A stretch of DNA of 64,000 bases, from the NCBI GenBank assembly GCA_013265495.1, contig MU062295.1, positions 25,170,552-25,234,551 on the forward strand, written 5' to 3'. Shown piece by piece: positions 1 through 7,615 of this stretch. Each line of letters begins with the position of its first letter. Position 1 is the stretch's first letter. The position numbers and the translations under genes are program-made. The notes beneath the pieces were generated by a model. It made no database searches. It saw only the letters and a program-made list of their open reading frames with translations, and had not been told where the DNA came from. This stretch comes from Vicugna vicugna (Eukaryota).

Positions 1-470
1 CTTGGCTCTGTCACCATCTGCCTGACAGCTTTTGCCTCACCTTTTGTTCCTTAGCAGCTGCTTCTATAAAAGAAGTAGTCTGGAGTAGGTAGAGATAACC
101 TTTGGACAACCTCAACCCTATAATTTTGAGTCTGTTTTAAAATTTCAGAAAGCCAACATCCTCATGATTATAGCTATGTTCTTTGAGCCTCTGCAATAAA
201 CCAGCTAGCCAAATTATTAAACAGAGTGAAGGCACATAACTCTTTTAGTTGTTTTCAGAGTATATTTAAGGAACACAAACAATTTGGGGCTAGGATATTA
301 TGTAAGGAGATCTTTCTCAGTTAGAGTGAGGTATGGGGCATTTGGGTGAAAATCCTTTAATGTCTGGGGCAATGGTTCTTCATCTTTTCTGGAGATATAT
401 TGAGAATTCTGGAGGCGTTTGGCCTCTGGTTCAAAAAAATCATTATAAACAATTATACTAAATTTTTTGA

Positions 471-543
471 TATAATTTACTTATTTCGTGGGAAATTTAT
501 TTTTCACAGAGAAATAAATTTCCGATGAAATAAGCAAATTATA
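471..543. repeat. 73-nt near-perfect palindrome (35-bp arms, 3-nt loop) in the subterminal region of the hAT fossil
   Basis: 471-505 matches the reverse complement of 509-543 at 31/35 positions; two of the four differences are G-U compatible. Confidence 0.9.
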
Positions 544-799
544 ACCAATCAAGCAAAGTCATTATACCCAGTGAAGTCAGTCTATTTTGCCATAATTTTG
601 CAGAGGAAGTCTTTTCACCATATAAAACATTCTAATTTCAAAGTATTACTAATTTAAAAAATATTAAAATCTGTTTCTTAAAACTGAGGGACTATGGTAT
701 AAACTTTTTTTTTAAACTAGGAACTGTGACTCAGCCAGTTGGAAAAAAAAATTAATGATTATTTCCAAAAAAACAGAAACAAAATCCCAAATGATCAAA

Positions 800-2290
800 C
801 AAGAAACAAAACAGATTCTTCCCTAAATAAATTTTAGTAAAAAGGCTGCTTTTTCACAAAATAATGCACATATTTTCTTTTATATGTAATTCATTTTGAT
901 TTTATTTTGGTAACAATTCCTGAAAATCCTGATTCCCAGAGGTATGTAGTAGCAGCACAGAAAATTAGAATTCATAAAGCTTACTCTGCCAGATGCAGGC
1001 CAATCTCAAGATAGGCCTATCAAAAATCTTCTAAGACCCCGAGTCGAAGTCGTGTTAAAAAGTCAAGAAGTGTTATTTTCCCTTTCATCTGAGTAGAAGC
1101 AAACTTGAAAAAAGGTTCTCCTGAGATTTTTTTTTTTTTTGCTTGCAGAGAAATTGAGAAGTTGTTGTCCTTTGCTATACCAGCATTCAACTATGGCGTT
1201 CAAAAATTTGTCTTGTATTTCAGTTTCTGACCTCTGTGGGCATGGTGGCTACCTGTCCAAAACAACTCTGCTTGTTCTGCAACTTTAAAAATGAGAAGAT
1301 TTACTCATTCAACTGACCAGAAATAATTACTATTAAATGAGCCAAACTCCTTGATTAAAATCCTCTTGAGATTATCTTGAGGGTTTTCCTTTTCTCTTAA
1401 AAAGCAAACTTCTTCATGAAATACAAACACATCTAGATATCCTATTGGAAAGCTAGTGAAACCCTGTGTAATCAAAAGGATGCTAATATTTTTTCTGTTA
1501 TTTCTTGACACCCCCTTTTGAAAAGTTAATGGCCAAGGCCCACTGTCTGGTGATGTTGACAACTTACATGGTTCTAGAATAGTTTTTGCCTTCAGTGTGT
1601 GCATGTGTAGAAGCACTGATCCATGATGATATATGATGTAATTTCTTCACCAGAGAAAGAAAAACCAGGGGTGTTGCCCAATCTTCCAGGTGTTCCTTCT
1701 GTAAATGAAGTAATAGGACCTTTTTTTTTTCTCCGAGTAGATTTATGCTTCATCATTTTTGGAGACATTTCTAACCTTAGGAATTTCCCAAAGGGCTCAG
1801 AAAATAGAAATTCTTCTTTGGTAGCATCTGTCTGTGCAGTTTTATCAAGTATTTCAGTCAATGAAAATAGTATTATTACTCTAAAAACTACTCTAAAACT
1901 TTAATAAATAAAACTCAACCTTAGTTATTTTAATTAAAATAAAAACTAAAACTTTAATAGAACTATAGTGCTTTCCTTAGATATTCACCTTCACCAAGTC
2001 TTCCCCAATCATGATGGACTTGACAAGGTGATAAGCATTGTTTGTGATCTACCTCAGGACAAGGCTATTGCACTGGGGCAAATCTAAATACTGCTCTAAT
2101 TCTAGATGTTTCAACTTGAGTTTTGTTCATAAGCAAAATACTACCTTTCCAGAATGTACCTACCTCTGGAATACACTTCACTCGTCCTGACTTGGTGCTT
2201 CTAAATGCAGTTGTTTCCCGCATGAGTCCCATTGTGTTCAGCAGTGAGGAGAAAACCAAAGGAAAGTTTAAGATCATTGCTTTTTCTTTA
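800..2290 (-). pseudogene. Degraded hAT (Charlie-type) transposase coding region
   Basis: Minus-strand translations across frameshifts give RKSNDLKLSFGF, IGEDLVK, ILDKTAQ, EEFLFSEP, FTEGTPGRLG..PGF (TDGAP.MLG..GF), CF-LHMHTL (CxxH), EEVCFLREK, LEDF, LAE*AL*IL and TTYLWESGFS (hAT dimerisation domain). Multiple stops and frameshifts. Confidence 0.85.
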
Positions 2291-2519
2291 TGTGGCTAAT
2301 TTCCACTGTAAGCTAGTTTTGATGTGCCAGATGAAGCTAAATGAAGTTAAACTTTCAAGGTCTTGCTCTTGCAAAGCCCCTTCCAAAGCCCTGTATTTAA
2401 GAAATTCTGAAAGCTTTAGGGTCCCTGAACTTAGATCTGTCTTGCCTGCTTTAAAAACAATTTTTTTTTAATTAAAAGGAAAGGGATGTGTATCATCATA
2501 ATGGTCAGAGGACTTTTCT

Positions 2520-2783
2520 TCCTTTTTTTTAATTTTAATTTTTCTTTTGGTTTAGTTTTTTATTTTTAGCTTTTTTAATTGAAGTATAGTCAGTTTACAA
2601 TGCTATGTCAATTTCTGGTGTACAGCATAATGTTTCAGTCATACGTATACATACATATATTTGTTTGCATTTTCTTTTTCATTATAGGTTATTACAAGTT
2701 ATTGAACATAGTTCCCTGTAAGAAACTTGTTTATTTATTTTATATATAGTAGTTAGTATCTGCAAATCTCAAACTCCCAATTT
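2520..2783 (-). mobile_element. 5'-truncated L1 3'-end fragment inserted at or near the 5' part of the hAT fossil
   Basis: T-rich tail followed by AATTGAAGTATAGTCAGTTTACAATG...TTTCTGGTGTACAGC, the reverse-complemented cetartiodactyl L1 3'UTR; same family as 15041 and 20250. Confidence 0.8.
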
Positions 2784-3109
2784 TCTTTCATTTCTATAAG
2801 CAGAGACAATTTTAGATACAATGGCATAAAGATGATGACCTTGTATTAGCATGTATACTATGCCACACCCCCTAGTAATTTGATATAAAAAAGACATTTC
2901 AAAGTACCAGGAAAAAAATAAAAAGCTGATGTGTTTGTGCCTGTCTGAATGCTCATCTCCACAGCAGTGCATTTACATCACTATTCCATGTGGTTAAACA
3001 CTTTAGATTTGCTGTAGATTGTTTTACCTCATTAATTATTCATGTGGACTTTTCCAGAAACAAAATAGAGAGTCAGCTCCAGGACAGCTGTAACCTTTAT
3101 AATGTTTAA

Positions 3110-3306
3110 GAGCTTGAGCTCAATGTAAACCCAGGTTTATACATCCTGGTTCTGCCACCTACTAGTGGGGTGGCCTCAGGTTCCTCATCTCTAAAGAGGG
3201 CATAATTCTAATACTTATTTCTTAGGGCTGTTGTGACAATTAGAGGAGAGACTATGTGTACCATGTCTAGCAAACAGCAAGCTCTCAAACATTAGGCATT
3301 ATTATT
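3110..3306 (+). mobile_element. MIR SINE fragment
   Basis: TCTGCCACCTACTAG...TTCCTCATCTCTAAA...AGGGCTGTTGTGACAATTA resembles the MIR core. Confidence 0.7.
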
Positions 3307-3657
3307 TATTGGTAGTAAACTCTTAACTATGAGATCTCTTCCAGCTGTTTACCAAGAAGCCTAAATTAGCCTCTGGCAAAAGCAGTTAGAAATCATTCCA
3401 AGCATGGCTAGTATTTTCTCCCTGGAGGAACTGTTAAGAAAATAACTTTGAGAATAATGCAGAATTTTTTTAGAGCTGTCCAGAGAGAGAGAAAAGGCTT
3501 TTTCCTTGTTGCTCCAGAGACAGAATTAGTAATAATGAATGCAATTTCCAAGGGAGAAGGTTTAGATTCTGTATACAGAATAATTTTCAGTCACAGCTCC
3601 TCAGTACAGAATTGGCTCACTTGCAAGCTCACAGAATTATTCATAAAAAAGTTTGAT

Positions 3658-3814
3658 GGGATAGGGAGGGTATAGTTCTGTGATAGAATGCATGCTTAGC
3701 ATTCACAAGACCCTGGGTTCAATCCCCAGTACCTCCACTAAAATTTTTAAAAAATAAGTAAATAAACCTAATTACCTCTCCCCTACAAAAGTAAATAAAT
3801 AAATATTTTTTTTT
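3658..3814 (+). mobile_element. tRNA-derived camelid SINE (Vic-1-like)
   Basis: GGGAGGGTATAG head, B-box GGTTCAATCCC, AAACCTAATTACC segment and A-rich tail; TSD AAAGTTTGAT at 3648-3657 and 3815-3824. Confidence 0.9.
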
Positions 3815-5639
3815 AAAGTTTGATAAAAATCCCCTGAGGAAGTGTTCTAATATGTCCTACCTGATGTTAATGCTGCAGTGTGAGTCTAGGTTTTATCACC
3901 TATGTAAAACTTTAACTTCATAGTTGATGATTAAATTATTCGAGTTCTTGTTATATCATTGTAAATTGAGATTAACATTGCCAATTGAAAGGTCAGTTTT
4001 CACATAGCCCTGTGTCCCTACACAGGCTTCCAATCATCTTACAATGTTTGAGTATACACATTCTCTTTAGTTAATTTCATTTAAAGGGACAGGAACCGAC
4101 TGAGAAAACATTTGATAAATATGTTGGTTCCGCTGCAGTGTTGGTACCCTGCAAATATAATTCTATACTACTAAATAGGCTCTGAAATCGAAATATGAAG
4201 GTCAGTTAATAACTCTTTGATACTACTAGCACTGAAACTAAGAATTTTTTTCATTATTTTTAAACATCGTTATCAAGTTATCTGAGACTACAGTACTATC
4301 TCCACCCTGCTTTTAAGAACTGATTTGGGTACGTAAATTACAGCTTCCTTTTTCCTCCCTGTGTCATCTAGAACATCCCATTTGAAGGGAACAAATGAAA
4401 ATGTTTAAACAGCCTTGATATTGTTAATTACTTTGCGAGCTATTTCATAACAGTAAAGTGTTTGGCATGCAGTCACTAGCTCGGAATATTAACGTCTTCA
4501 AGAATGTTAGGTTCTTAGTGTTTGTTTAAAGTGGTTGAGGAAGGGAGTAAAATAGTACTTTTTTTTTTTTTGTAAAATGTGTCTCTTTGAGGAAGGGTGA
4601 TGTATAGGGGACAGATTCTAGCTAATGCTTGGTAGGGTTTTAGGTGTAAAATGGGAATCACCTTTCAAAAGAGCATTTTGACAATGGGGCTTGCTTCTGT
4701 GATGGTCACAAGAAAATCCTGAAAACTATTTTTGATCTACCTGAGCCTGTATTTGAGGCTGTGTGCACCAGAGCACAAGCCTACCAGCTGTCTCCCTGTG
4801 ACAGGCAACATTCTCAGACCAGTAACAACAGGGCTTATTAGGAGAAAAGGAGAAGGAATCCAGAGGATTTCCATGTACCTGAAAGTTAAATTAGCTGGAT
4901 TCAAATTTTATGTACCAAGCCATGTAAATCAATGTATACCGCATTTTATTTTATGTATGCCTCACAAAAATTAGAAAAGCCTGGCTGCTGTGAACACAAA
5001 TATTATTTCAAGCTAGCACAATTATTACATTTTGATTTGCACGTTGTGATTTGTTATTAACCAAATGGAGAGAGTATAATTATGCAACGATATAACTTAA
5101 TCATCATTTTAGTTAAAATTGGGCATAATTTCTCTTTATCATAAATTGTCTCATGAGAGCTGGCTCGTGGCTGTCAAGGGGCATATGTAACACTGACAGA
5201 CTGGGGATGTAGCAAAGGAAGAAGGAAAGAAAAATAAAGAAGATAAAAAGGAGGTCCGGGGAAGGGAAAGGATGGGGTGGGATGGGGAAGAAATCAGAGA
5301 AAAAAAGGAGTTTTTAAAAGGTAGAGTCTATTTGGCCTATCAATAATTGCAGAAGGTAGTGATTCCTGTTTTTTTGTTTATTTGTTTGTTTTGCATTTCA
5401 GAGCAACTACATAAGAAATAAGGGTGAATGTGGGAATTAGTATTTTTCCATATAGACATCATAAAGAACTCATACTCCAATCAACTTACCTTTTGCCTTT
5501 CTTCGTGTATTTTTCATCTTGCCTGAACTGGTAAACATTTCACCATAGGTTCACACTTATATGTGCATGGGAATCACTGGTCTAATACTACCAATTTTAA
5601 CTAAAAAATGTAGTGTGCTTTCTAAGGACACATGATGTT

Positions 5640-6060
5640 CATTCAGTTCTTTACCAGTCAACATTTGTTGAAAACCCATTATGTGGTAAAGGATTAAGTT
5701 AGATGTGGAAGAGACAGAAAGGAACGGTGATGGGACCAGAGGGAACAGTGTGTGGCAGAAGAGATGGAGAGGCTTGTAGTAACAAGAATGTTCAGCAGTC
5801 TACTCAAAAGTTTGGGACTGGTTCTGTTAGCAGTGGGGAGCCAGTGAAAGTTTTTAATTACAGAGAGACATCATTAGGACTGTGGTTGGGTGGGATGATA
5901 ATGTACCCAGTAATTTAGAGGAGAAAGCAAGAAAATGAGCTAAAGGGCTGTTGTAAGATTGGAATTAAGATCTAATTATAGAGTATAGAGAGGACTTGGG
6001 CAATGGGGGCAGAAAGGAGGCAACAGGTAGAGCCTGATGGAGGTAATTATGTAAAGGTTG
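5640..6060 (-). mobile_element. L2 LINE fragment
   Basis: ATTCAGTTC...CAACATTTGTTGAAAACCCATTATGTG resembles the reversed L2 3' end, followed by purine-rich L2-like body. Confidence 0.55.
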
Positions 6061-6489
6061 TCCAACTAGTTGTGGAGGGGGTCGGAGAAGGTGTAATAAG
6101 CTCTTTTTTTAAGGAAGGCTTGTAAATGAGAGCTCACAGTAGATACCAAAGAGGATTTAAATAATAATACAGTTTAGATACTTTAAGAGTATTTAAGTGT
6201 GAATAAAGTACTTAATTTCTCATGATCATTTTAAATGATGAAAAAAGTATAAACAGTATGTTTACGGAGTGATGAAATTGAACACTTATTTAGGAGGAAG
6301 TTTAGATATCCTGATAGACCATAAGAGTGGACAACAACAAAATACCACTTCAATTCAGACTACTGGGTACCTACAGGAGAGCAGAATTTTTTAGAGGAGA
6401 AAGGACAGAAACAGCTGTTATGTTTTTCATAACTTTTGTACCTGTTTCCTTATCTACAGGACAAAGAACAGCATGCTGGTTAAAAAAGG

Positions 6490-6775
6490 ATGGAATTTAG
6501 CCTAGAATTCTGTTCAAATCTAGCTTCTGGCATAGAACAATTGTGTTGTCTTAGACAAGTTACTTAATCTGCCTCTCAGCTTCACCTTTCTGCAGATGAT
6601 AATTATATCTATTTTGTAAGGTGTGTGTGTGAGAAAGAGAGAGAGAAAGAAAGAGGGAGAGAGAGAGAAGGAGGGGGATGGAGAAAGAACTGAACTGAAT
6701 TGAATGAGGTAATACATGTAAAACAGCTGTCACAGAGAGAGCCTGGCATATAGTAGGTGCTCAACAAGTGGTAGG
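6490..6775 (+). mobile_element. MIR interrupted by a compound (GT)n(GA)n microsatellite
   Basis: AGACAAGTTACTTAATCT...CTTCACCTTTCTGCAGATG...AATGAGGTAATACATGTAAAAC...GCCTGGCATATAGTAGGTGCTCAA; purine tract at 6631-6677. Confidence 0.75.
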
Positions 6776-7299
6776 TCCTTTTTTTTTTTTAAATTCTCAG
6801 CAATGCCATTTAACAGTTTTGGTAGATGGGTCACTTTTTGCTACTGAAGGATATTTCGTTAAAAGCAACAGCGTAAACTTGGCATTGGCTTTTATGTGAA
6901 AGAAGACGACATTCCAGGTACACAACATTTTTATGGGAACATTTTTAACCCGACACAAGAGGTAGCCTTTCTTGTTACCTGCACGGTTTTGCTAGGCAGG
7001 TTCCTTGGGTTTTGCTATGGTTAATTTTAACGCTGATTGTGAAGGGGTTAAGAAGAGCCCTTACTCATGTTACATGAAGTAGCAGAAATTATTAGATGGA
7101 AACAGGAATCAAGAATGGAAAAAAAAAAGGCTCAGCAGTAATTCATTGTTTCCTAAGACAGCTTGTGCTCACACTGATGAGAGGAGGCTGCAGCCTGCAG
7201 CCTAATCAGATGAGGATAACTTGGAGGATGGGGGCAGCAAGCATCCCCTCCACCCCACCCCTTAGTTGAAGCCGCTCGAACTGGAGTTGTCCTGGGTTG

Positions 7300-7502
7300 G
7301 GACAATGCTCTGAGTCACAGGTCTGCTCCCTGGAGAGCCGGGAGGCGGCCCTGCGCGGGAGAGGCCCCGCCCCTCCTGTGTGAATCGCTGGCCTCGAGGG
7401 GAGGGGCCGGCCGATGCTAATGAGCGGAGTTGCCCGGCGAGCCAGGAACTTCATTCCCGGTCTGTGTGTCAGGATCGCAGAAACTATGCCCCTTCTCTCA
7501 CC
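7300..7502 (+). promoter_or_regulatory. ARHGAP18: GC/CpG-rich TATA-less promoter and 5'UTR of ARHGAP18 (exact TSS not determinable)
   Basis: CpG-rich patch directly before the start codon; GC box GGCCCCGCCCCT 7363-7374; AP-1 TGAGTCA 7311-7317; X-box-like GTTGCCCGGCGAG 7429-7441. Confidence 0.75.
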
Positions 7503-7506
7503 ATGA
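7414..7506 (+). other. Upstream ORF (30 codons; in-frame ATGs at 7414, 7420 and 7486) whose TGA overlaps the main ATG
   Basis: ATG CTA ATG AGC...ACT ATG CCC CTT CTC TCA CCA TGA. TGA 7504-7506 overlaps ATG 7503-7505. Translation not demonstrated. Confidence 0.6.
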
Positions 7507-7615
7507 GCTGGCTCTCCAGTTCCCAGGGAGTTGTGCTCACCGCCTACCACCCCAGCGGCAAGGACCAGGCCGTGGCAGGGAGCCATGGCCAGGCTAGGGA
7601 GGAAGCCACCGCGAG
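7503..7615 (+). CDS. ARHGAP18: Rho GTPase-activating protein 18, first coding exon (37 codons + 2 nt, phase 2)
   Basis: ACCATGA start. MSWLSSSQGVVLTAYHPSGKDQAVAGSHGQAREEATA matches the ARHGAP18 N-terminus as I recall it (human MSWLSSSQGVVLTAYHPSGKDQTVGNSHAKAGEEATS). Consensus donor AG|GTAAG at 7615/7616. Confidence 0.95.

Larger units (their letters stand above)
370..2490 (-). mobile_element. hAT/Charlie-family DNA transposon fossil, near full length (5' end uncertain, may extend to about 3000)
   Basis: TIR-like CAATGGTTCTTCATCTTT at 370 resembles the CAGTGGTTCTCAACCTTT ends of Charlie/MER elements. Transposase motifs occur in the correct order on the minus strand (see next feature). Confidence 0.8.

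Noticed and set aside
1030-1062. TRLRLG motif suggesting a PIF/Harbinger HTH
   Set aside because: The flanking motifs (LEDF, LAE.AL.IL, TTYLWESGFS) place it in a hAT dimerisation domain; the resemblance is coincidental.
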